A stretch of 64,000 nt of DNA from Verrucomicrobiia bacterium (GTDB taxonomy: Bacteria > Verrucomicrobiota > Verrucomicrobiia > Limisphaerales > Palsa-1400). Below, piece by piece: positions 36,851 through 46,780 of the stretch; within the stretch, counting starts at the first letter, position 1, and each line of letters starts with the position of its first letter. Made by a program: the position numbers and the translations under genes. Where the stretch lies: contig DATAXU010000188.1 in the NCBI GenBank assembly GCA_036272955.1, positions 7,995-71,994 on the forward strand, written 5' to 3'. Below the pieces are notes generated by a model. It did not search any database, was not told where the DNA came from, and saw only the letters and a program-made list of their open reading frames with translations.

Positions 36851-36872
36851 TGTCTCGAACATGTCTCGAACA
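36851..36872. repeat. Perfect tandem 11-bp repeat (TGTCTCGAACA x2) in the 5' leader of the RRM protein gene
   Basis: Read directly, 12 nt upstream of the start codon (minus-strand sense ATGTTCGAGAC x2 in shifted register). Confidence 0.6.
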
Positions 36873-37031
36873 TTTCTATTAATTCCAGACTGTTCCCGGT
36901 CATCGGGTTTAAAATCATCACTGAACCAAAGTTCACCTGAGGATTCCCATATCGTGAAAGCGACAAGTTGTCGAACAGGAGGCAATCATAACCGACGTCC
37001 GGCGGATGTCAAAATTAATTCGCGCTTATTT

Positions 37032-40000
37032 TTAGAACGCCAATTGCAGCCGGATTGACCAGACACGCTCGCGCGGCAGTTCTTCGTACGGAGTGAGCGG
37101 GTTGAGGCGGTAGTTCCGTCCGTTAATATCCTGCAAGCCAGCCATAAAGGCGCCGTATCGCCGCGGGAGGCGGTAACCGATAAAGAGGTTGACCTGGTAG
37201 AATTCGTCGCCGGGCAAAGGCGTGCCGTAGCCGGAATTGCTTTGGGAATACCAGGGCGCCTCAAGGCGGACGAACACTCCCGACGGATGATTTACCAGGA
37301 TGTAGGGCGTCACTTGTTGCAAAACCGCGTGGACATCCGGATCGGGTGCGGCGCCATAAAAGGAGAGGGGATCGGGAATTCCGGGGAAGGCGGTTTCCAA
37401 TCTCGAACGCGTGACCTGGTAAACCGCGCCGAAGGATAATTCGTTGCCGACCAGTTGGTTGAAGGTCGCGATCAGCGATTGCTCCGTGTAGTTGAAACGT
37501 TGCGTGCTTGACGTGGCCGGGAAATTTGTGCCCGACGCCGTTTCAAAAAGGCCGAATGTTTCATCGGCCTCCGACTGGATTAATTCAGCCTGAACGCTGA
37601 TATAAGTCCGGCTGCTCAGCTTGAGGTCCAGGGCCGCGCCGAATGTGTTGAAGGAAGGCGCTGAAACATCGGCGGCGGGAATGACGGGCATGACGTTGCG
37701 GAAGGCCTGGGTAAACCCGGCAAGTTGGACCGGTTCGAGGCGGTAGCTTTCGTCGATGCTCACACCGCCCATCGACCGGGCATAAACGCCGCGGAGTGTG
37801 ACTTCCGGAATGGGGGTCCAGATAAGGGCGGCTTTGGGCTCAAGGTCATTTCGGCGGCCCTGGCCGGGCGAAACGGGTGCGTTCTGGAAGTTGAGCGGGT
37901 AAGTGATGGTGTCGTAGGCAACGCCGCCCGTCAGCATTAAATGATCCGGCAACTGCGCGGTGTAGTAACCGTAACCGGACGCTCGTTCAAATCCTTCCCG
38001 CACGGAATGGTTTGCGGGATCGAACAGGCCGATCATTTGCGTTTCCGAGTTCGTTGGTATCAGTTGATCTTGCGCGCCAAATGTCCCTGATTGAAAACGC
38101 CCGCCAAAAATGAGAGTGGAGTGCTCTCCCTGAAAAATCTGATTCAGCTCGGCCCCATACACTGTCAGTTCATTGCGGTAGGAAATATTGAACGGGAAAG
38201 TATCGAGATAGCTGGTGGCGCCAGGTTTGCCGCCCGAAACGAGAAGATAATAGTCCGCGTCCTTATCGGTAAACTGTTGATCCGCGGACAAGCGCGTGCC
38301 CAGGAAAAGGGTATGCACGCCGGGCACCCATTCGTGGTGGTAACCGAGGATTACCGTCGGCGTCTGCTCTTGTCGTGCATTGTAGTTTGTTTGGACGCTT
38401 ACATCGGGATTGTAATATTGAAAATTATCGCCGGAATGGTAATCGACGACGGCAGTTTGCACCTCCACGGTGTCATCGGGCGTCAATTGTTGTTTGAGGG
38501 TAACGGCGCCGGCGAAGTAATCGAGCGCGTTGTTTGGTCGCACACCGCTGAAGTGCCGGTCCTCGCCATCAATGGAATAACTGGTGTTGCCAAAGGTGCC
38601 GAACTGCGAGGCCAACTGGTCGAATTGCCCATCGCTTCGGTAACTCGTGTCCGAAGTAAATCCGGGCAAGTTATTTTCAAACAGCTTCGAGTACTCCTGC
38701 TGGGTGATCGATTGCGAAAGAGCGCCGGCACCCACAGGGGCAAGGAGATTCGCCAGGAGCAATTCGTTGATCCAGGCGGTCTCGTATCGCAGATTAAAAA
38801 GCGTGGGATCGCGCAGGGCATCCAGGCTGTTCGCGAGAAATAGATGAGCCGAATAATTGCCATAGTCCGCACTGACAGCCTTGGCGGCTTCCCGTTCGGC
38901 CACCTGGTCCATTCCGTCACTGCCATAAATGGTCGCGAGGCTGGTGCTCCGCACGGCGCGATCCTCGTCCAATAATAACTGGGAGCGATACACGCGTCGA
39001 TTATCGTTCAGGTCCAGCGACTGTTCGAGGCTGTCAACTCCTTCGTTAATCCGATTCTCCCGTTCATCGAGAAGGGCGGAATACAGCGGTGGCGTAGGGT
39101 CGTAGGGGTCCAGTCGCCGCGCCAGCGCCAGTTCCTTTTCAGCAAGATGCCCATTATAGACGTTGTCGAAGGCTTTGCCAAGATAGCTCCGCAACAAGGA
39201 ACGGTTCGGTTCGACCGCGGCGGCGGTTTCAAGATCGCCCAATCCGCCCACGTCATCTCCTCCGCGAATGCGGCAGAGGCCGCGCCCGAGCCAGGCATTT
39301 CCCAACGCGCCATCCGCGTGAATGGCCTCCTCGAAAGCCTCCCGTGCCGCGGCGACATGATTTTCCGCGCTTAATAGAAATCCGCGCAATGCCAGCGCCT
39401 GCGCATTTTTCGGCGAAAGACGCAGCGACTCTTCCAAAGCTTTTTTCGCGGCTTCCGTGTGGCCAAATGAAAACTCCAGTTCGCCGACCCGCTCCCACGC
39501 GAACCCAAACGTCGGGGACTTCGCAACGGCGGCGCGCGCGGACTGCAATGCCGCCAGCAGGTTGGTGGGTTGTTGCACGTAAGACATCGCCAGCGATTCG
39601 GTGGCGAACGTGGTCGGCGGGTCGGGCGGCATCGGGCTTGAACTGACAACTGAAATGATCTGCCGCAATGCGATGGCTTGCGGCGAGTCTGGGCGCACGA
39701 GGGCCAGCAGCGCGTCCGCTTTGTCCACCTGTCCAACGGAGAGCAGCAGGCCCGCATAATAAAGTCGCTCCGCTTCAGTCTGCGGCGTTCGCCCCGCTGG
39801 ATAAAACTGAAGCGCGGCCTTCAGATCGCCCGCCTTATAAGCTGTAATCGAGGCCGAAAAGACGGCGCGTTCGCCGGGCGTGAAGTTCAATTCATCGACG
39901 TCCAGAACGCCGGGATAATACGACCACCACTGGACGACTTTTATGGTCTCGATCACCGCCGTTTTCACCGGAGCTTGACCGGCCTGAATGGAACCCTGCT

Positions 40001-40511
40001 CGCCGGTGCCCAGCACAATCCCCCCGCGCGCGTTGGTGACTTCCATTTCCCCGTCAAACACGGTGATAATCGTCCGGCCGTCCGCCTTGACTTCCGCGGC
40101 AAATTCCGTTCCGCGCGAGGCCGCGAGGGCGTAGGGCGTTTGGAGAATAAACTCGCGCGGCCTCTCGCGCGTAAAAAAATAGATGGCGCCTGTTTTCAGG
40201 TCGAGGGTCGCTTTGCTGGTGGCGGCTTTCGGGGGAAGTATCTCAAGGGTAGTCAGTTCGTCGATCCGCATTCGCCCCAACTCCGCGAGCCGAACGCTGG
40301 CGCGACTGAGGGCCAGCGTGCGCAAGCGATCCTGCACTTTGAGTTTCAAGCCTGGATCAGCCGGCTTCCAGCCTGGCGCGGGGCCGCCGATCTCCACCGT
40401 GCCTTCCTTGGTCAGCAATTCCCCTTGCTCACTGGTGTCCGCCGCGTAAGCCGACCCCACAATGCAGGCCAGCGCCAGCACGCCGATTCTGAACGACGTT
40501 CCAAAGATCAT
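37032..40511 (-). CDS. FecR-domain / TPR-repeat / C-terminal beta-barrel outer-membrane protein
   Basis: Signal peptide. FecR-like region (LDLKTGAIYFFT..ASRGTEFAAEV..ITVFDGEMEV). Multiple TPR-like helices in aa ~250-620. An alternating-polarity beta-rich C-terminal half ends in ..IRLQLAF (OMP-type terminal Phe). Confidence 0.7.
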   Translation of the reverse strand: MIFGTSFRIGVLALACIVGSAYAADTSEQGELLTKEGTVEIGGPAPGWKPADPGLKLKVQDRLRTLALSRASVRLAELGRMRIDELTTLEILPPKAATSKATLDLKTGAIYFFTRERPREFILQTPYALAASRGTEFAAEVKADGRTIITVFDGEMEVTNARGGIVLGTGEQGSIQAGQAPVKTAVIETIKVVQWWSYYPGVLDVDELNFTPGERAVFSASITAYKAGDLKAALQFYPAGRTPQTEAERLYYAGLLLSVGQVDKADALLALVRPDSPQAIALRQIISVVSSSPMPPDPPTTFATESLAMSYVQQPTNLLAALQSARAAVAKSPTFGFAWERVGELEFSFGHTEAAKKALEESLRLSPKNAQALALRGFLLSAENHVAAAREAFEEAIHADGALGNAWLGRGLCRIRGGDDVGGLGDLETAAAVEPNRSLLRSYLGKAFDNVYNGHLAEKELALARRLDPYDPTPPLYSALLDERENRINEGVDSLEQSLDLNDNRRVYRSQLLLDEDRAVRSTSLATIYGSDGMDQVAEREAAKAVSADYGNYSAHLFLANSLDALRDPTLFNLRYETAWINELLLANLLAPVGAGALSQSITQQEYSKLFENNLPGFTSDTSYRSDGQFDQLASQFGTFGNTSYSIDGEDRHFSGVRPNNALDYFAGAVTLKQQLTPDDTVEVQTAVVDYHSGDNFQYYNPDVSVQTNYNARQEQTPTVILGYHHEWVPGVHTLFLGTRLSADQQFTDKDADYYLLVSGGKPGATSYLDTFPFNISYRNELTVYGAELNQIFQGEHSTLIFGGRFQSGTFGAQDQLIPTNSETQMIGLFDPANHSVREGFERASGYGYYTAQLPDHLMLTGGVAYDTITYPLNFQNAPVSPGQGRRNDLEPKAALIWTPIPEVTLRGVYARSMGGVSIDESYRLEPVQLAGFTQAFRNVMPVIPAADVSAPSFNTFGAALDLKLSSRTYISVQAELIQSEADETFGLFETASGTNFPATSSTQRFNYTEQSLIATFNQLVGNELSFGAVYQVTRSRLETAFPGIPDPLSFYGAAPDPDVHAVLQQVTPYILVNHPSGVFVRLEAPWYSQSNSGYGTPLPGDEFYQVNLFIGYRLPRRYGAFMAGLQDINGRNYRLNPLTPYEELPRERVWSIRLQLAF

Positions 40512-40541
40512 GCGCCTTCAGAAGAAGTTGCCGGAAACATA

Positions 40542-43500
40542 TCAAAGTGAAGGACAGGTAATCCACTTTGCGCGGTAGTATCGGTCGCCGGTCGTCAAGG
40601 GGTCTGTAATTGTAACAGAATTCGCCGGGGGTACGAGCGTTTGCTGTCCCAGGCTGATCCATGTGGGGTTCAGCAAGCTTGTAGTGTACTCCAGGTCAAA
40701 GGTGTAGTTGGTGTAATTGAGGTTGGGTTGCGAAAGCGATAGCACGACGTTTTTGGATGCAGTGGTGATGAGCAGATTCGGCGAGGGCGACGGCGCGAGA
40801 TACGGAAGTAACACCAGGGCGGTTGCTCCCGATGTAATCGTGATTTGATGGGCTTGGTATGGCAAAGCGTAGCTTCCGTCTTGAATGCACTGAAACTCGA
40901 CGTTGGCAGTGGCTCCGCCGCCCACCACCACTGTGTCTTTCAGATCCGTCTGCAAAGCCATGTTCTGGCCGGCGGTTAAATGCCAGCCTCCCTTTGCTTG
41001 CAGAGCCGCAATCGGTCCTGTCTGAATCTGCAAAAGCGCGATCGTTGGCGATGCGTTCATGACTATGGGGCTGTTGGTCGCGCCAACTATTATTCCTCCA
41101 CCCAGCGTGTGCGGCCCACTCGGGTCCGGGACGGAGAGATACGAAGTCGCCGAAAGCTCCGCCACATTGAGCAACTCCGAGACATTCGCATCTATCGCGC
41201 GGACGGTGAGCATATTCGTGACCTGGCTCGGACCGAGATAGATTCCCGCCGGATAATAATTGCCATCGTCCGCCAAAACTTCCAACGCCCCCCCGTCCAT
41301 TCCCGTATAACCGCTTATGGCGGTCGTACCAAAAAGATTGGAATTCGACTGGAGTTGTATAAGAGGGCTTGAGTTGCTGGGGGTCGCCATGAGCTGGCCC
41401 TGGCTGTTGCCCGAGACGGATCCTGACGGGTAACCCACCACCATTTTTGACCGGGAGGACGTCAACCAATGGGAGTTGTCATCGGACATAACATAACCGC
41501 CATAACCGCCGCGGCCCGCCGGTTGCAGAAAATAAACCGCCGCGGCGTCCATGCTTTGAGCCTGCAAGCTTTCGGTACCCGGGCTGTTGTCAGCCTGCAC
41601 CTGCGCCGCGTATCCGGAAAGCAAATGGAAGCCGCGCGGAATTTGTGGCACCGGTTCGTAATTGCCGTTATAGCGTTGAAAATACCATGAGGCGTCGTTG
41701 ACGTAGCTCAGACTCTGGCTGTTGAAGAGCAGGTGACTTGCTGTCAAGACAACGCCGCTGCTCACCACCGTTGCGCTGCCAGTTCCCAGGTCGGTTTGCA
41801 ATTGCCCTGTGTAAGCGTAGGGCTGTTGTTGCGTGGCGACTCCAAAACTGACTGTCTGCGGGTATTCACCGTTACCCTCGGTGGAGGAATAATACGTGCT
41901 GTTGGCGGCAAGCGATTCAACCCCTTCGTAGGGTAGGATCGTCAAGATGTCGTTTTGCGGCGCCAGCCAGCCGGAGACGGGTTTGAATTCAATTGGGAAA
42001 ATCAAGCCGGCGGCGAGGTTGGTAATTTCGTCACCGCTATCGAGCCAAGTTGCGTAGCCGACCGGACGCCATTGAGCCCGGTGGTTAACGTCCGCATTGC
42101 TTGCCAAAGTTCCGGGATAAAGTGTTTCGGTCAGGTAGCCGGTGCCGGGGCTGGTTTCAAATAGGTTGGGTTGGTAAAGGGCGGGCGCCACGCTGAATGC
42201 TCCGGAACTGACGGACACCAGCATGTGATCCGGCTGTAAATAGCCCGTGAGCGGCATGAACTCGACATAGTAATTGCCTGTGACAAGGTTGCTGATGGTC
42301 GCGCCGCCGCTTTGCCACGTGGTCTGCCCGGCCAGACGCCACTCCGCGCCGCTGAGTCCAGGCGGAAAAGTCACGGTGAAACTGCCCGTGGCCGGCGGCA
42401 ATGGCGACGGCGCCACATTGGTCATGACGGAACCGACAGGCACGAGCGGGTCAGTGTTGGCGATCGTGACCGTCGTCACCGCCTCAATGGCGCCGTTGGT
42501 CGGATTGTAGAGATCGAGGTTGAATGTTTTGTCCCCGTCGAATTCCGTATTGTTATCGATATCGATGACAATGTTCATGTTGGTGTCCCCGGGGCCAAAA
42601 TTGAGCGTCCCGCTTGCGGCGGTATAGTCAACACCGTTGGTGATGGGCGGCGAATCGCTGTATGTAAATTGCGTCACCAATCCTGCAGTGTCAGTGTCGC
42701 CGGTGGGGCTGTCGGCGGGGCCGAGGACTCTCGATACCGGGTCGCCCGTTGCGAAGGTCGAATCAAAGGGGAGCGTGTCTCCTCCGTCCGTGTTTACCAC
42801 GTCCATCAACAGATTCCCATTTGTTGGCTGGTAAAAGAACGGCGTGGTCAACGGAATGACGATGTCGAATGCGGGCGGGTTTCCTATGTCGGCGCTGCTC
42901 AGACTTAACGGTCCATTGAATACGATTGTCTCGTCGGGGCCGACATTGCTGGCGAAATTCGTGCTCAAGCCGTCGGGTCCATTTGACGTTGTCGTCAGGG
43001 AAATCGTGACGGCGCCCAGCGTATTGGAGAACGGGCCGAAATTTACGAAGGGCCGAAATTGTATGCCGGTAATGTAACCGCCATTTGGCGGCATCGCCCC
43101 AAATTGCGAGGCCGCGTAAACCTGCTGGTAATGCATGTTGGTTGGGCCTATATCGAACGGATACCCATTGTTGGCCCCGCCCAATGAATTGGAGGCAAAA
43201 TTAGGCACCACGACGGTGCTCTCAGGCAGGACGCCAACGGCGCTCCCGTTGGTGGTGAAGTAACCAATGCTGCCGGATGCCGCGCCATCCTTTTCGACGG
43301 ATATGACGATCTCTCCCGCATCTTCGTCCACGGTCAGGGTCGAACCAAGGAAACTGAAAGCCGGCTGTTGCACCGCCCCGAGATTCAGCGTGGCCGAGGC
43401 GCTGCCGATGCCATTGGTCGTCTCATTCAATGCTGCATACGCCGTGACCGAGCCGTTGGTCCCCGTAAAAATCAATCCCGCCGATCCTTCCGCCAGGGTT

Positions 43501-45914
43501 ATGAAATTTCCGGGCAAAACTGGCGTCACCCCGTCGCTTAGAAAAATGGACGTCGCATTGATCGCCGTGATCTGGAAAGCGGTCACTGCCGGTCCGTCGG
43601 CGGGGCTTGGTAAGATCTCGAATGTGTCGCTTGAAGTTTCTGTCATGATCGGCGCATCGACCACGGCCAGATACGCGAAGCCATTGCGCAACGACGGATA
43701 CGTCCCGCCGATTTGTCGGAATGATCCTCCGAGATAGACATTTTGCCCGCTGGTCTGAATGGCTTGGACCGTTCCATTCGGAGCAGGTGTCCACGAGGTG
43801 CTCACCGTTCCCGGCTCGCTGATGCCCGCGCTCAGGAGATTCGCGGATATGCTGGAAGTAAAACTGCCTCCTACGTAGAGGTTCGACCCGGCAACGCCCA
43901 ATGCATAAACTCTCGACAGCTTGGGAGGAAATAGCGCGCCTGCATTCCACAGCGGATCCACAGCACCGGGACTTGCCGTGGTTACTTTGGCCAGGCTCTG
44001 TCTGCTCAGCCCGCCGACCGTCTGGAACGCGCCGCCCATGAACAAATTCGTCCCGCTGACGGCCAAAGAGTAAACCGCGTGATCCGCCGCTACATTCCAG
44101 TTCGTATCAACAAAACCAGATCCATTGTCCACATATCTGACGATGTTCGAGCGCGCCTGACCGCCAATGGAGATAAATTGCCCGCCGGCAAAAAGATCGC
44201 CGCCGCTCAGCGCCAACGCATACACCGGCCCGTTCGCAACCTGAGTCCAGTTTGTTGCCGCCAACCCGCTGCCGCCGGTGCTGAACACCGCGATGGAAAC
44301 ATTGCTGATGCCGCTGATACCAAGATTCGCCCCGCCCACGTAAAGATTATTGTTCGAGTCCGCCGCGAGTGCTGAAATCGCCGCGGTGGAGGAAATCGGC
44401 GGGTTCCAAGTCGCATTCACCAGGTCGGTGCCGCTGGTATCCACTTCGGCAAGTCCATTCCGGCTCTGCCCGCTGATATTGGCAAATGGGCCTCCCACGA
44501 ACAGGTTCGTTCCGCTCAACGCCAGCGCTGTCACGACGCCGTCCGTCGCCGGCGTCCATTGGGTGTCCAGGCTTCCATCCGTGTTGATCCGCGCCAGGTG
44601 AGGGCACTCCGTCTGTTCCGAGAGCCAAAAATCTCCGCCAACAATGATTTTGCCATCCAATTGCTCGGCCAGGGCATACACAATCCCCGGAATTTCGACT
44701 TCGCCCACAAACGAATCATCCATAACCGCCGTTTGCTGGTCGAGTTTCGTGATTCCGAGGGAAACGGTATCGTTGACAAGACTGAAATTCCCTCCCACAA
44801 ACAGCCAACTCTCATTGGTCAACAATACATTGATGGTGGCCGAATTGAACGACGCGAACCAATTGCTCGACGCCTCCCCAGAACCGAGGGTGCTCAAGCT
44901 GGCAAGGTTCGTCACATACTGGCCGCCGATCTCCGTAAAGCCGCCTCCCACGAAAAGAGTCGTGCCGTTGAGGGCGAGCGCAAAATTCCCGCTCGCGGAA
45001 ACAGGATTCGGGTTCCATGAGGAATCTGTCGCGCCGCTTCCCGTGGCGACAACTTTGGCCAGGTCAGTCCTCGCATATCCCCCTACATTCGTGAAAGTGC
45101 CGCCGGCATATAAATTGGAGGCGCCCAACGCCATTGACGTAACGAAGGAGGAACCAATCGGAGACCCTTCGTCCACTTCCGGGTCCCAACAGCAATCGAC
45201 AGCGCCCGATCCTGCCGAACTGACCATCGCCAGCCGATTTCGCGTTATTCCGCCGACTTGGGTGAAATAACCTCCCAGATAGACATTGTTTCCGCTTGCG
45301 ATGATGCAGTTGACAGTGGAATTGGGATTCGGAGTCCACGGAAGCGCGATCGCCGGGCTGCCGGTGGCGTTGAATTCCGCCGCGTTGCTCTGCACTTCGC
45401 CTCCCGCGAGGCTGAAATCCCCGCCGATGAAAAGGTTGGAGTCCGACAACTCCAACGCCATGACAATCGAACCGTCCTCGAATTGCGGTGTCCACGCCGG
45501 ATCCGCCGCACCGTTTCCGGTTGTGCTGACGCGAGCGAGCGCCGTCTGATTAAGTCCTCCTATGCCTGAGAAGTATCCCCCGACAAACACATTTGAGCCG
45601 CTGACAGCCAGCGCCGAAACAATGTCGTCGGGATTCGGCGTCCAATCGGCATCCACCGCCCCTTGTGTGGTGATGCGGGCGAGGTTCGTCACCGGGACCC
45701 CGTTTACGGAGCTGAAGGAGCCTCCGATGATGATTTTTCCATCTCCCTCCACGGCCATCGCATAGACCGTTCCAGCCTTGGAAAGGTTCAAGTCCGGTAA
45801 CGTTGCGACAGGTGACTGGGTAATCGGTTGGCCGGCAAAAGAATCGGATGCGGCCAATAACCACAAACCGATCAGCCCGGACCGGGGAACAAAACTGTAC
45901 AAATAATTTTTCAC
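40542..45914 (-). CDS. Giant secreted protein: >12 delta-60/DUF5122-type beta-propeller repeats, Calx-beta domains, degenerate trypsin-like domain
   Basis: Signal peptide. ~55-aa repeats (GKIIIGG.F..VNG....NLAR....G..D..W.P). Calx-beta signature (VDYTAASGTLNFGPGDTNMNIVIDIDNNTEFDGDKTF). VVLTASHLL and GMDGGAL of a trypsin-like fold. The C-terminal module ends in YYRAKW. Confidence 0.75.
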   Translation of the reverse strand: MKNYLYSFVPRSGLIGLWLLAASDSFAGQPITQSPVATLPDLNLSKAGTVYAMAVEGDGKIIIGGSFSSVNGVPVTNLARITTQGAVDADWTPNPDDIVSALAVSGSNVFVGGYFSGIGGLNQTALARVSTTGNGAADPAWTPQFEDGSIVMALELSDSNLFIGGDFSLAGGEVQSNAAEFNATGSPAIALPWTPNPNSTVNCIIASGNNVYLGGYFTQVGGITRNRLAMVSSAGSGAVDCCWDPEVDEGSPIGSSFVTSMALGASNLYAGGTFTNVGGYARTDLAKVVATGSGATDSSWNPNPVSASGNFALALNGTTLFVGGGFTEIGGQYVTNLASLSTLGSGEASSNWFASFNSATINVLLTNESWLFVGGNFSLVNDTVSLGITKLDQQTAVMDDSFVGEVEIPGIVYALAEQLDGKIIVGGDFWLSEQTECPHLARINTDGSLDTQWTPATDGVVTALALSGTNLFVGGPFANISGQSRNGLAEVDTSGTDLVNATWNPPISSTAAISALAADSNNNLYVGGANLGISGISNVSIAVFSTGGSGLAATNWTQVANGPVYALALSGGDLFAGGQFISIGGQARSNIVRYVDNGSGFVDTNWNVAADHAVYSLAVSGTNLFMGGAFQTVGGLSRQSLAKVTTASPGAVDPLWNAGALFPPKLSRVYALGVAGSNLYVGGSFTSSISANLLSAGISEPGTVSTSWTPAPNGTVQAIQTSGQNVYLGGSFRQIGGTYPSLRNGFAYLAVVDAPIMTETSSDTFEILPSPADGPAVTAFQITAINATSIFLSDGVTPVLPGNFITLAEGSAGLIFTGTNGSVTAYAALNETTNGIGSASATLNLGAVQQPAFSFLGSTLTVDEDAGEIVISVEKDGAASGSIGYFTTNGSAVGVLPESTVVVPNFASNSLGGANNGYPFDIGPTNMHYQQVYAASQFGAMPPNGGYITGIQFRPFVNFGPFSNTLGAVTISLTTTSNGPDGLSTNFASNVGPDETIVFNGPLSLSSADIGNPPAFDIVIPLTTPFFYQPTNGNLLMDVVNTDGGDTLPFDSTFATGDPVSRVLGPADSPTGDTDTAGLVTQFTYSDSPPITNGVDYTAASGTLNFGPGDTNMNIVIDIDNNTEFDGDKTFNLDLYNPTNGAIEAVTTVTIANTDPLVPVGSVMTNVAPSPLPPATGSFTVTFPPGLSGAEWRLAGQTTWQSGGATISNLVTGNYYVEFMPLTGYLQPDHMLVSVSSGAFSVAPALYQPNLFETSPGTGYLTETLYPGTLASNADVNHRAQWRPVGYATWLDSGDEITNLAAGLIFPIEFKPVSGWLAPQNDILTILPYEGVESLAANSTYYSSTEGNGEYPQTVSFGVATQQQPYAYTGQLQTDLGTGSATVVSSGVVLTASHLLFNSQSLSYVNDASWYFQRYNGNYEPVPQIPRGFHLLSGYAAQVQADNSPGTESLQAQSMDAAAVYFLQPAGRGGYGGYVMSDDNSHWLTSSRSKMVVGYPSGSVSGNSQGQLMATPSNSSPLIQLQSNSNLFGTTAISGYTGMDGGALEVLADDGNYYPAGIYLGPSQVTNMLTVRAIDANVSELLNVAELSATSYLSVPDPSGPHTLGGGIIVGATNSPIVMNASPTIALLQIQTGPIAALQAKGGWHLTAGQNMALQTDLKDTVVVGGGATANVEFQCIQDGSYALPYQAHQITITSGATALVLLPYLAPSPSPNLLITTASKNVVLSLSQPNLNYTNYTFDLEYTTSLLNPTWISLGQQTLVPPANSVTITDPLTTGDRYYRAKWITCPSL

Positions 45915-46074
45915 AGCGAATATCCTTTCGATTCCGTGCGAACAACTCTTGAATTGCGAAAATGCCGCCGCTTGAAACTTGGCTTTAATCTGGCGGCGCT
46001 ATGGCTAAGAGATGGTTTTGTATCAAATACAGCGCGCTTATTGCAAGCGCTAAACGGGGTCCCCCAAACCTTGT

Positions 46075-46686
46075 TCAGCTTTGACTGCGGCCGCCCGCGA
46101 TAACGTGGTCCCGGACGATTTGCGCCCACGTTTCCATTTTATCGTAATGGGCGGAGAGTTCGGCGGCTGTTTTCCACGCGGCGGTGTATTTCTCAGGCTC
46201 CATGATGGTGTAACGGGGAGTCGCCGTGCGCAGGACGAATACGAAGCCCATGTGAACGCGCGAAACATCGTTGGAATCGTCATTGATGATGCCCGCCAAC
46301 TCGCAAGACTGCTCACCTTCGACGGCGATTTCCTCCGTCAATTCGCGCCGCATTCCCGTCAGGATGATATTCTGGTCGCCCGAAGGAATATCCGTGTCGT
46401 TGATGTGCCCGCCGACGCCCAGGGAGTAAAGATTGTGAAGCCGGGTTTCGGTCTGTTTGCTCGTCCGCCAGATCAAAAGATAATGGTCTTCGTGCTGGAC
46501 GACGACGTACGGAATGACCTGTTTGAAATTGTAATCCTTCTCCGCCAGATTTCGTTGCAGGAACCGGCAATTGGCCAGCACCGCCTTTTCCACCGGCGCG
46601 GCGTCTGGCGTGAAAACGTTTTTGCAAAACGGTTCAATGGCCGTTCGCGGCACAACCAAAACCGACTCCTGTATTTCGTCGCTCAT
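46075..46686 (-). CDS. NUDIX-hydrolase-like protein
   Basis: GGHIND..(insert)..GMRRELTEEIAVEG resembles a Nudix box (REUxEExGU) with an extended spacer. The family call is tentative. Confidence 0.5.
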   Translation of the reverse strand: MSDEIQESVLVVPRTAIEPFCKNVFTPDAAPVEKAVLANCRFLQRNLAEKDYNFKQVIPYVVVQHEDHYLLIWRTSKQTETRLHNLYSLGVGGHINDTDIPSGDQNIILTGMRRELTEEIAVEGEQSCELAGIINDDSNDVSRVHMGFVFVLRTATPRYTIMEPEKYTAAWKTAAELSAHYDKMETWAQIVRDHVIAGGRSQS

Positions 46687-46780
46687 CGTGGTGATCGTTT
46701 ACTGTCCCCGCCCGATTTGTCAAAGCTTTCCCGCAACTAGGGCTTGCGCGCGGGCGAGATAAATAGTTTTCTTAAGTATT

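Noticed and set aside
41288-41294. Homopolymeric C7 (G7 on the coding strand) tract inside the giant gene as a phase-variation slip site
   Set aside because: Seven nucleotides is below the length usually associated with high-frequency slipped-strand switching, and the tract encodes the conserved Gly-Gly of the protease-like motif.
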